IMG/VR virus record: IMGVR_UViG_3300030102_006518
Location: 1-44,659 of that record
Reading direction: 5' to 3' (one strand)
Length of the DNA stretch: 44,659 nucleotides
From: a virus
Taxonomy: Duplodnaviria > Caudoviricetes
Shown here: positions 37,463 through 44,659 of the stretch, in pieces
How positions within the stretch are numbered: position 1 is the stretch's first letter
Layout of the letters: every line of letters begins with the position of its first letter
Made by a program: the position numbers and the translations under genes
Notes under the pieces: generated by a model
Seen by the model: the letters and a program-made list of their open reading frames with translations, nothing else
What the model was told of the DNA's origin: nothing
The model's database searches: none

Positions 37463-37882
37463 TTATACTACTTGTGTTTTCTTATTAGATAAATCTAATA
37501 CTGCTTTTGCTTTATTTACAAAATCTAAATTAGATATATCTAGTCCTGGTTGATTACCTGAATTCATGTTCATTTGATTAGCTACCGTAGAAGCCATATT
37601 TGGCATTCCAGTTACCATATCAGATGTTCCAGTGAATACATTTCTATATTCTTCATTAGTCATATTATTAGCTGTTTGCTTTAACATTTCATCTATACTC
37701 TTCTTACCGGTCGCTACTGGGTTAGTAGGAGATGGTTTTGGCATAGTTACATTTGAAGATTTAGCCTCATTAGTTGGAGTACTCGCAACTTTAACAGCTT
37801 CGTTAAGTATGTCTTGTAACTCTTCCTTAACAGCTGCTTTAACTTCTTCTCGTATAATTTTACGTAATTGATTTAGTTTCAT
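37463..37882 (-). CDS. Hypothetical protein with MKLNQLRKIIREE leader
   Basis: 139-aa ORF preceded by TATTTATT. Confidence 0.7.
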   Translation of the reverse strand: MKLNQLRKIIREEVKAAVKEELQDILNEAVKVASTPTNEAKSSNVTMPKPSPTNPVATGKKSIDEMLKQTANNMTNEEYRNVFTGTSDMVTGMPNMASTVANQMNMNSGNQPGLDISNLDFVNKAKAVLDLSNKKTQVV

Positions 37883-37885
37883 ATT

Positions 37886-37893
37886 AATAAATA
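37886..37893 (-). promoter_or_regulatory. Putative late-type promoter TATTTATT
   Basis: Immediately upstream of the ATG at 37882. Confidence 0.45.
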
Positions 37894-37899
37894 GTTAAG

Positions 37900-38727
37900 T
37901 TATGGAAGTTGATTGTCTATTCTGAATTTTATTTCGTCTACTAGCACTTTTGTTGAAGAGCTAAACGATGCCGGTCCTCTCATTACTACAACTCCTCTAT
38001 CATTTTCTACTTGAGCAAACCGTCTTTTTGCAAATCCAGGAGATTCTTTATCCTCTTGAATTGTAATCTTATAGTTTTTATAAAAAATATTACCTTTATC
38101 ATCTATTCCAGTCAAGCCAGCATTAGCAGGTAAGTTTTCTATTAACGCTAATACTTCCTGTTTTTGATCATCTGGAAGTGCTTCTACACATTCAAATAGC
38201 TTTAAGTCTATGCTTTGTAGTTTCTGTTTTACTGGATCTAGTCCGTCAAAGCTTATGTCTGTTAAATCTAAGATTGCTTGAGCATCTTTCATTAATAAGT
38301 CTACTATTTGACAAGCTATATTAAGCAGTTGAGCAAATCTATTTTGAGCTCCTACAGTAATCGAGAATACTTGACCACCGATATCTGCAGTTCCTCCCGT
38401 AGGTGGTGTTCCTATAGTAGTAGGCATAGGTATTTGTTCTAATACTAATACAGTAGCTTTAGCTGCTTGAATTGGTGGTTTCATTTGTTCAGCAAACTTT
38501 TTTACAGGTCCTATCTTTGATTCTAACCCGTTAATCATATTAAGTAAGTTATCTCTAACTGCTAATAGTTTTTTTAATTCTTCGACTGGTGGGCAGGCTT
38601 GACCCATTAGCTTTTCTACTATTTTATTTACTTCTTCATAAACCTTAGCAATAATATAAGCTTCTAGTTTAGCTAGGTATTGGGCAACAAATGCCGCAAG
38701 ATTCGATGGAGGTATACTACACGGCAT
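37900..38727 (-). CDS. Helical hypothetical protein of the baseplate module
   Basis: 275 aa, translationally coupled to the spike-like gene. Confidence 0.6.
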   Translation of the reverse strand: MPCSIPPSNLAAFVAQYLAKLEAYIIAKVYEEVNKIVEKLMGQACPPVEELKKLLAVRDNLLNMINGLESKIGPVKKFAEQMKPPIQAAKATVLVLEQIPMPTTIGTPPTGGTADIGGQVFSITVGAQNRFAQLLNIACQIVDLLMKDAQAILDLTDISFDGLDPVKQKLQSIDLKLFECVEALPDDQKQEVLALIENLPANAGLTGIDDKGNIFYKNYKITIQEDKESPGFAKRRFAQVENDRGVVVMRGPASFSSSTKVLVDEIKFRIDNQLP

Positions 38728-39905
38728 TATTCTATATAAAGTTTTTTAGATTTAAGATTACTTCTACCTTTAGGGTTAAGTTGTCTTTTTAATTGTTTAA
38801 GTACTATTTGAGATGATTTACCTCTTAAATTAATAGTTGGTATAGCATCTCCTTTTATAGTTTTAGCTCTTCCCATAGCTTTAGCCATAGCTTGAAGTTG
38901 ATCTAGTATATCTTCCAAGTATGCCTCTAATCTATGTCCAAGTACTGCTGGTTGTTTACTTGCTCCTTTAGCTGTTCTAGCTTGAGTTCCTAAATATATC
39001 TTATCAGCATCTATACACATATAGTCTTGTCCGTCAATATTAACTGTATTGGAATTTAATCCTATAGAAGTACTACTTGATAATAGTATATCGTTTTTAC
39101 GGGCATTTAAAACTAACCTATCAGCGTTAAATAGTATTTGGGGACCTTGATATTTGTTAGGTGTATCTGGTATATCGTCATATGATAATCTTTTATTATT
39201 AGCTAATTCTAAAGGTATTTTATGATTAGAGGTTAGAAATATAGAAGACGGGTCTTTATTAATGTCTTCTATTATATGCATAAAACCGTTTTCAGTTTCA
39301 CCTTGCCCGTTACTAATAATGAATATAGGTTTGTTTTCGTTTGTACTGTCAGTAAATGGAGATTTAGGATGAGGTAATCCAGCAAATCTTATAGTCTGTC
39401 CTAAACGACCTTCTAATATCATATCACCAGGAAAAGGTTGCAAAGGAGCAACTTTATCGTCTGGTGTTAAATTTTCTCCTATATTTACTTCTGGGTTATC
39501 TTCAGTTCGTACTGGTATAGCATTATGATGAGGGTGGTTCCATATAGCATAAGGAGTTATATAATAATACTTACCTTCTCCTGATCCATCATCTACAAGT
39601 CCATCCGGTCCTTTAGTTAGGAATACTATTTCGTTTTTTAAAGGAAGGAGTTTTTGATAGCTGCTAATAGGAAAAGCTTGACCTGTATATTCTTCTTCTC
39701 CTGTTTCGGAATTATCTAGATTAGTTTCATCTATCAACCTATAAAAAATCATACCGATACTATTAGGACCGTCGTATTGATCGTACAAAGGATGATCGCT
39801 ATCTAATATAATGTCGATAACTCTAGCAGGATTAGTTTTATCTCTACTAACATTATCTAAACCACTGGGTAAAGCCCCGCCGGTACGAAAATTAAAATCT
39901 ATCAT
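38727..39905 (-). CDS. Baseplate spike/hub protein (gp5/gpV-like)
   Basis: ARVIDII...LPLKNEIV OB-fold-like region; GDMILEGRLGQTIRF; IYLG...QPAVLG; position before gp25. Confidence 0.6.
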   Translation of the reverse strand: MIDFNFRTGGALPSGLDNVSRDKTNPARVIDIILDSDHPLYDQYDGPNSIGMIFYRLIDETNLDNSETGEEEYTGQAFPISSYQKLLPLKNEIVFLTKGPDGLVDDGSGEGKYYYITPYAIWNHPHHNAIPVRTEDNPEVNIGENLTPDDKVAPLQPFPGDMILEGRLGQTIRFAGLPHPKSPFTDSTNENKPIFIISNGQGETENGFMHIIEDINKDPSSIFLTSNHKIPLELANNKRLSYDDIPDTPNKYQGPQILFNADRLVLNARKNDILLSSSTSIGLNSNTVNIDGQDYMCIDADKIYLGTQARTAKGASKQPAVLGHRLEAYLEDILDQLQAMAKAMGRAKTIKGDAIPTINLRGKSSQIVLKQLKRQLNPKGRSNLKSKKLYIE

Positions 39906-40273
39906 TACTCTTTTTCTTCAGTATCTTTACTAACGTCTTTTACTTCATCTTGAATTTCTTCAGATTCTTGTAACAGTTCTTGTAAGTCATCAAAATTAAA
40001 CATTTCGCCATCTCCGCCTTTAGCTGTGATAGCTTCTAGTCTCTGTATTACTGTTGCTAGTTTAATTAAATGCTCATCATTTTTAACTCCTATCTCCATA
40101 TACTCTTTAATCATAGGTACTATTAAAGTTGCATCTCCTATATTTTCTATAAGAGGTTTTAGTTCACCTATAAGAGCTCTAACCTGAGATTTAGTTTCTT
40201 TAGAATTGTCGTAAATTTCGCTAAAAAGATCAGATAGTGATTTACCTTTAAATATTTCTTTACTACTGTCCAT
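39905..40273 (-). CDS. Helical acidic hypothetical protein
   Basis: 122-aa ORF preceded by TATTTATT. Confidence 0.65.
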   Translation of the reverse strand: MDSSKEIFKGKSLSDLFSEIYDNSKETKSQVRALIGELKPLIENIGDATLIVPMIKEYMEIGVKNDEHLIKLATVIQRLEAITAKGGDGEMFNFDDLQELLQESEEIQDEVKDVSKDTEEKE

Positions 40274-40287
40274 TATAAGTCTTTTTT

Positions 40288-40295
40288 AATAAATA
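40288..40295 (-). promoter_or_regulatory. Putative late-type promoter TATTTATT
   Basis: In the gap directly after the sigma-like gene, at the head of the structural operon. Confidence 0.55.
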
Positions 40296-40298
40296 GAT

Positions 40299-41003
40299 TT
40301 AAACTAACTTTGTTTTAATTAGTCCTATACTATTATATTTTTCATGCAACTTATAGTATTCAACTTTCAACTTATTTACTACTTTAGTAAGATGAGGAGT
40401 TTCACAGTCTGTCATTTCTCTTATATAAATATACAGTGCTTTTTTCTTGAATATATCTAAATCTTGTCTAGTCTTAAATATAGTAAGTATAGCGTCTGCT
40501 ATTTTCCTTTCGTTTTCTTTTGGAAATAACTCCTCTAACATTATATATGTCTGATCAACATATAAATCTAAAAAGGTACCTAGAGAGATAGCATTATCCT
40601 CATTAGGTATAGGGGAAGGGTTGTAACCTTCTTGCATTTCATCGAAGGTTCCTACCTTTTTTAAGTTTTTATAATTTTTATTATTATAATTAATTAACCA
40701 TCTTTTAACTATAGTACCAAAGTAAGAATATGCTTTAGCACCATTAGTAGGATCAAATTTCATTATCTTTTCCTCCAAAAGCATAGAAACTATTTCAAGT
40801 TTTAAATCTTCTATCTTATCAACATCGGTATAATAAAACTTAAAAGTATGTATAATATTCTCTGCTAACTTGTAGAAAGGGAAGTAAATGTGTTCGGTAA
40901 AGATACTATTTCTATACTCTGTATCTGTAGAGGTGTTGTATTTAACTATATACTCTTCTGTTTCTTTAGTAAAGTAATTAGCTTTGCTCTTCTTTCGTGC
41001 CAT
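40299..41003 (-). CDS. Phage sigma-factor-like protein (region 2), candidate late sigma
   Basis: YKLAENI...EDL....V..LLE.I.KFDP..G.KAYSYF..IVKR resembles sigma70 region 2 and T4 gp55. Confidence 0.65.
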   Translation of the reverse strand: MARKKSKANYFTKETEEYIVKYNTSTDTEYRNSIFTEHIYFPFYKLAENIIHTFKFYYTDVDKIEDLKLEIVSMLLEEKIMKFDPTNGAKAYSYFGTIVKRWLINYNNKNYKNLKKVGTFDEMQEGYNPSPIPNEDNAISLGTFLDLYVDQTYIMLEELFPKENERKIADAILTIFKTRQDLDIFKKKALYIYIREMTDCETPHLTKVVNKLKVEYYKLHEKYNSIGLIKTKLV

Positions 41004-41298
41004 AATTCTCGGGGAGCATGTATCGGTCTAGCTCTTTTTGTACTAGTTTCATTTGTTTAAAAAAGTAACCGACCTCATCATCTGATTGAAAGACCCCTCG
41101 TTCATCAAGCTTATTAAGGTGCTTTTTAGAATCACCTATTAAATTAGAGATATTTTGAAGATATTGTGTTTGATCTATAGTAACGTCTTCGTATTTCTCT
41201 ACTTTTATAAGTAAGTTTCTTATAATATAAGATAAAATAAGTATAATTCCAACTATTATTCCGGAAATTATGTATAAAGTTGTAGTTTCTATTAACAT
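40978..41298 (-). CDS. Membrane-anchored hypothetical protein
   Basis: N-terminal TM LYIISGIIVGIILILSYII. Confidence 0.65.
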   Translation of the reverse strand: MLIETTTLYIISGIIVGIILILSYIIRNLLIKVEKYEDVTIDQTQYLQNISNLIGDSKKHLNKLDERGVFQSDDEVGYFFKQMKLVQKELDRYMLPENYGTKEEQS

Positions 41299-42033
41299 TT
41301 ATAATTTTTTTAACATATTAGTAAGCCCTTCCGACGAATTAACTCGTTTTCCTGTGGAAGACTTAGTTTTCTTAACGGTCGAGTTGGTATTACCACCATT
41401 TCTCTTCCAAATATCGTATTCAACCTTAGAAGCTAAGAAGTCTGCACTGTGAAGTACGTTAACTATTGATGTTCTCATCCTAGCATTAGGGTTATTAGTA
41501 AAAAAGTAAGGCTTATTAGCATCGGAAAACACTCCATCGTGTAATTTTATAGCTAAATACTCGTTTTTAGTTAATTCTATACCAAATTTCTGTAAAGTAA
41601 ATAAAGATCTATCTGGAACTAGCATAAATTCAAGTTCTGAGTTAGGAGTATACATTTCATTTAACTTATCTTGTCTCCATTTATCAGTCTGAGGTATGTA
41701 TGATGGTATATTAGGATCACCTATCTTACCTAAGTCATGGAATAAAGCAGAAAATACTAATTCTTCTTCGGTATAATCAACCGTACCTCCCATATCTTTA
41801 TAAAGTTGTGATTGTTTTACGGCATATTGAACTACTCTATTAACGTGATCAACATATCCTCCGGCAAAAGCATTATGAAACCAAGTTTTACCGCTAGCAG
41901 GAGCCATAATATACTCCTCTCCTAACTTTTCAATCATAGTTTTAACCGAGTCTTTACGGTCTCCTATGTAATGGTCAATAATTTTAATGTGTTTTTCGTA
42001 ATTATTACTAATTTGCTCTGCTTTTAAACTCAT
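41299..42033 (-). CDS. HD-domain phosphohydrolase (YhaM-like HD)
   Basis: APAS...HNAFAGGYVDH, ALFHDLGK, IKLHDG, LHSAD. Confidence 0.85.
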   Translation of the reverse strand: MSLKAEQISNNYEKHIKIIDHYIGDRKDSVKTMIEKLGEEYIMAPASGKTWFHNAFAGGYVDHVNRVVQYAVKQSQLYKDMGGTVDYTEEELVFSALFHDLGKIGDPNIPSYIPQTDKWRQDKLNEMYTPNSELEFMLVPDRSLFTLQKFGIELTKNEYLAIKLHDGVFSDANKPYFFTNNPNARMRTSIVNVLHSADFLASKVEYDIWKRNGGNTNSTVKKTKSSTGKRVNSSEGLTNMLKKL

Positions 42034-42142
42034 AATATAGTATTCCTTTATTAATAACCTATTAATCTATATATATTTATATATTAATATAATAATTTAA
42101 TAAAAATTAATATTAAATAATAATTTATATATTATATATTAT

Positions 42143-42173
42143 CGAAGATAATAAAAATATTGCTGAATGGCAA
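42143..42173 (-). promoter_or_regulatory. Bacteroidota-type promoter TTG-N20-TATCTTCG
   Basis: Minus strand GTTG CCATTCAGCAATATTTTTAT TATCTTCG. Confidence 0.65.
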
Positions 42174-42809
42174 CTATTCTATTATATATTTTTCAATAAA
42201 ATCATCTTTTTCTATAGATTCCAATCCTGCATCCCAAAAAACCTTCATATATACACTAATAGTGTCACCTTCTAAGCTAGGAGGAATAGGTCCAACTGTA
42301 CGCTTTGTAGTAAACTCTCCATTAGAATCATCTGAAAAGTAGACCCTTGTGTCATTTTGTACTACTGGAAACACCATTCCTGCAAATTGACTTAAATAAA
42401 CAGTAGTATCCTGTACTGCAATTGGATATCCGTAATAAGTTTCAAGTCCTTGATAAGGATTATATAGAGGAATAGTAAAAGCTAACGTATCTCCAATAGT
42501 ATAATACGTATCTGTATCGAATTCCGCCGAAACTACAGGTTGATCATTATAGTAAAAATAAGGATTCGTACGAGTTGCATGAATATCGATAGTAAAGTAT
42601 GGTAAGTATTCACTATCCCAATCAAGATCTACATGAGTATAACCATTATCATCTTTATAGTATTGAGATGTTATATATGCATCACACTCTCCGGTTTCAC
42701 ATACGGAAGGGAGGAGGGCGTCGGTTGTGCATGATATAGATAATGATAAAAGACCTATGGTCGCCGCCGCGCGAAACGCGCGCAAGTTGCCCCGAGAATT
42801 TTTATACAT
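42174..42809 (-). CDS. Lipoprotein (likely start MYKNSRG at 42809)
   Basis: Signal peptide ...IGLLSLSIS-C lipobox; start refined to avoid overlap with the upstream small ORF. Confidence 0.7.
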   Translation of the reverse strand: MYKNSRGNLRAFRAAATIGLLSLSISCTTDALLPSVCETGECDAYITSQYYKDDNGYTHVDLDWDSEYLPYFTIDIHATRTNPYFYYNDQPVVSAEFDTDTYYTIGDTLAFTIPLYNPYQGLETYYGYPIAVQDTTVYLSQFAGMVFPVVQNDTRVYFSDDSNGEFTTKRTVGPIPPSLEGDTISVYMKVFWDAGLESIEKDDFIEKYIIE

Positions 42810-42810
42810 A

Positions 42811-42981
42811 TTATTTATTATTAGATTCCCAGTGTTTTCTAAACTCATTCATCAAAGAACCCATATTACCAGGTTCTCCATCAGCCCAAGTATTAGTCTT
42901 AGACATAGCCTCTCCTACATTCATAGGTAGACCTTTTGCTTTCTTATCTAATAGGAATTTTAATAGTTTATTTTCTTTCAT
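42811..42981 (-). CDS. 56-aa hypothetical protein MKENKLLKFLLDKKAKG...HWESNNK (not in ORF track)
   Basis: Manual translation; directly downstream of a host-type promoter; stop lies 1 nt before the lipoprotein ATG. Confidence 0.65.
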   Translation of the reverse strand: MKENKLLKFLLDKKAKGLPMNVGEAMSKTNTWADGEPGNMGSLMNEFRKHWESNNK

Positions 42982-42997
42982 AACCTTTATTTATACA

Positions 42998-43028
42998 TAA
43001 ATATACGAAAAAAAAGTCAGTTAGGCAA
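42998..43028 (-). promoter_or_regulatory. Bacteroidota-type promoter TTG-N20-TATATTTA
   Basis: Minus strand GTTG CCTAACTGACTTTTTTTTCG TATATTTA. Confidence 0.7.
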
Positions 43029-43466
43029 CTATTTTATAAGGTTTTTTGCTTCTTCTAGTACTAGCATTTGTATATATGATACTATATCCTGGCACTTTTC
43101 GTACTCTTCTATGGATTCAAAGTATTGAAGTAGAGTGTTGAGAGCAAAAGAAGTAGACTTTTTATCATAGGAGTCACCAATGGTGTAGATAGATTCAATA
43201 GATTTCAGATTGATTCTGAGAAGATAGTTATATAGGCGATTGTAGTATTTGTGCTTAATAACAGGCTCGGCTTTGACAAACTCTTTAGGATAGTTCTTAA
43301 GATATAACATCCTCATCATTTCATAGTTCTCTAACCCACGTGTTACCATACCCATTAGAACGAAAGGATTTTCTAATAAATCCTCTGCTCCATGTTCTTT
43401 ATATACCTCCTCGTCTCCTTTCTCGAAGATACTAAATAATGTATGTGGATTTAACTTTTGCATCAT
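43029..43466 (-). CDS. Hypothetical protein with C-terminal UVR-like motif (likely start MMQKLNP)
   Basis: LQYFESIEEYEKC motif; TATTTATA at 43468-43475 directly upstream of the ATG at 43466. Confidence 0.65.
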   Translation of the reverse strand: MMQKLNPHTLFSIFEKGDEEVYKEHGAEDLLENPFVLMGMVTRGLENYEMMRMLYLKNYPKEFVKAEPVIKHKYYNRLYNYLLRINLKSIESIYTIGDSYDKKSTSFALNTLLQYFESIEEYEKCQDIVSYIQMLVLEEAKNLIK

Positions 43467-43546
43467 ATATAAATAGCTATCCGTAAAGATAGGCAGAAAA
43501 ATTACTATAGGCAAAAAAATTTGCCGAAAAATTTCCCCGGGTTTCT

Positions 43547-43577
43547 TTGGTTTTTAACCAAAAAGTTCTTATATTAA
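43547..43577 (+). promoter_or_regulatory. Bacteroidota-type promoter TTG-N20-TATATTAA (divergent)
   Basis: TTTG GTTTTTAACCAAAAAGTTCT TATATTAA upstream of 43600. Confidence 0.7.
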
Positions 43578-43599
43578 TTATATAAGCAAATTTAGATAT

Positions 43600-43875
43600 A
43601 TGGCAAAGACTTATTCATTTGATTTTATGTTTGATTTTATAGAAAAGGTAAAAAAGCATACCAAGATCCTATATACTCTTATTATCATATCTTATATCTT
43701 TCTGGGTACATTAGTTTATTTACAACATAAACATAATCAACTCTTATTAGATAGGGTAGTTACATTAGAGAAAACAGTTGTAGTTAAAGATGAAGTTATT
43801 CAATCTGTAGCAGAGCAACTAGGAGATGAAATTGCTAATTTTTATAAAGAGATAATCAAAGAGAGAAAGAAATGA
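43600..43875 (+). CDS. Membrane protein with coiled coil
   Basis: TM ILYTLIIISYIFLGTLVYL. Confidence 0.7.
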   Translation: MAKTYSFDFMFDFIEKVKKHTKILYTLIIISYIFLGTLVYLQHKHNQLLLDRVVTLEKTVVVKDEVIQSVAEQLGDEIANFYKEIIKERKK

Positions 43876-44027
43876 TGTCAAGTATAGAAGATATATTATA
43901 TTCTGCTGAAAGCCATGGCAAAAGAACTGATCTGCTCGATAGAGTAAATACTATCAGAACTAATAGCCCAGGTAAATCATTAGAAGAAATATATACGATG
44001 GCTTATGAGGAGGTGATGAACGTATAA
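43872..44027 (+). CDS. 51-aa hypothetical protein MMSSIEDILYSAESHGKR... (not in ORF track)
   Basis: ATGA-coupled to the upstream gene; manual translation. Confidence 0.65.
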   Translation: MMSSIEDILYSAESHGKRTDLLDRVNTIRTNSPGKSLEEIYTMAYEEVMNV

Positions 44028-44030
44028 GAT

Positions 44031-44183
44031 ATGATAGAATGTGTTATATGTAATGCCGATATAAAGGATTTCGGACATAATCCCGATCCTATCAATGAAG
44101 GAAAAGGAAGATGTTGTGATAAATGTAATATATCATACGTTATCCCTGCTAGAATATACTCTTTACGTACTAATAATATATAA
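44031..44183 (+). CDS. 50-aa Zn-ribbon-like protein MIECVIC...GHNPDP...GRCCDKCN..VIPAR (not in ORF track)
   Basis: CxxC...CxxC; starts 3 nt after the previous stop. Confidence 0.75.
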   Translation: MIECVICNADIKDFGHNPDPINEGKGRCCDKCNISYVIPARIYSLRTNNI

Positions 44184-44330
44184 ATATATATTACTATATA
44201 GTGAAAGTTATAGGATTTATGCGAGTAGGTATGGAAGAATCTTGCAGACTACCAACTACTTAGGGAACTATACTGTCAGGTTTCTATCAAGGTGATATCT
44301 AGCTGCCTTCAAAGTGACAGCCAAGTTACA

Positions 44331-44531
44331 TTACTTCTCGGTAAGGTAGCAGTAGGTTAGCATAAGGCCGGTCATAAGAGTAAGACTTGCCATAGATAGT
44401 ATAGGATAAGTTAAAAGTAATAACATACCACTAAAGAATAGCCATATAAGAGTAGTTAATACCTTATACGCTATATATAGTCCAGCTATTATAAGTACAG
44501 TAAGGCCTATAGTATATATTGATTTATTCAT
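44331..44531 (-). CDS. Possible small hydrophobic membrane protein
   Basis: 66 aa, almost entirely hydrophobic; no other support. Confidence 0.35.
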   Translation of the reverse strand: MNKSIYTIGLTVLIIAGLYIAYKVLTTLIWLFFSGMLLLLTYPILSMASLTLMTGLMLTYCYLTEK

Positions 44532-44659
44532 ATATGTATATGTTTATATATTATTTAATTACGTGCATACTATATAAAGGAAACGTATATGTAGTCTTCT
44601 GAGTCATCAAATCATATGTATATCCTCTCATAGTAGTCTTACCTATCTTATCTATATTC

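Noticed and set aside
1074-42930. Numerous plus-strand ORFs of 60-117 aa in the ORF track
   Set aside because: They lie antisense to long, motif-bearing minus-strand genes and show no recognisable motifs; treated as shadow ORFs
44095-44295. 66-aa plus-strand ORF from the track
   Set aside because: Overlaps out of frame with the better-supported CxxC...CxxC ORF at 44031-44183
1-44659. Stop-codon reassignment, as seen in some Bacteroidota phages
   Set aside because: Genes tile densely under the standard code, and TAG and TGA fall at gene ends followed by promoters or coupled starts
1-44659. CRISPR array, tRNA/rRNA, diversity-generating retroelement or invertase cassette
   Set aside because: No regularly spaced nucleotide repeats, cloverleaf, reverse transcriptase or recombinase seen by eye; intergenic space is minimal. 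The Cas4-like nuclease is a stand-alone phage PD-(D/E)XK gene
44184-44659. Low-coding region as a genome terminus or ncRNA
   Set aside because: No repeat or stable structure identifiable within the window; cannot be assessed without flanking sequence

Overview
A 44.7-kb, AT-rich segment of a large tailed dsDNA phage, probably a myovirus-like phage of a Bacteroidota/Flavobacteria host. The host inference rests on six TTG-N20-TAnnTT promoters, no obvious Shine-Dalgarno motifs, lipoproteins, and BACON, FN3-like and DNRLRE-like domains. Nearly all genes are on the minus strand. In transcription order (right to left) they are: HD-domain protein, phage sigma-like factor, baseplate module (spike/hub, gp25-like, gp6/J-like wedge), tail and tail-fibre genes (a collar fibre and a 3153-aa fibre with an S74 chaperone), then a block of small probable head-packaged proteins interleaved with primase, a PD-(D/E)XK nuclease, a GIY-YIG protein and a HAD phosphatase. 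Main observations: (1) three Hint/intein domains, all in probable virion tail proteins and each behind a Gly/Ser linker, one a splice-competent mini-intein and two C-terminal Gly-Cys Hint domains that cannot splice canonically; (2) a shared N-terminal MKLxxIILE-type leader on about nine unrelated proteins including kinases, plus Glu-delimited modular polyproteins, suggesting a capsid-targeting/prohead-protease cargo system; (3) an uncalled 21-aa, 9-Cys metallothionein-like micro-ORF; (4) a 239-nt same-strand dual-coding overlap; (5) two promoter classes, host-type and a TATTTAT late-type motif. All family assignments come from motif recognition by eye; no searches were run.
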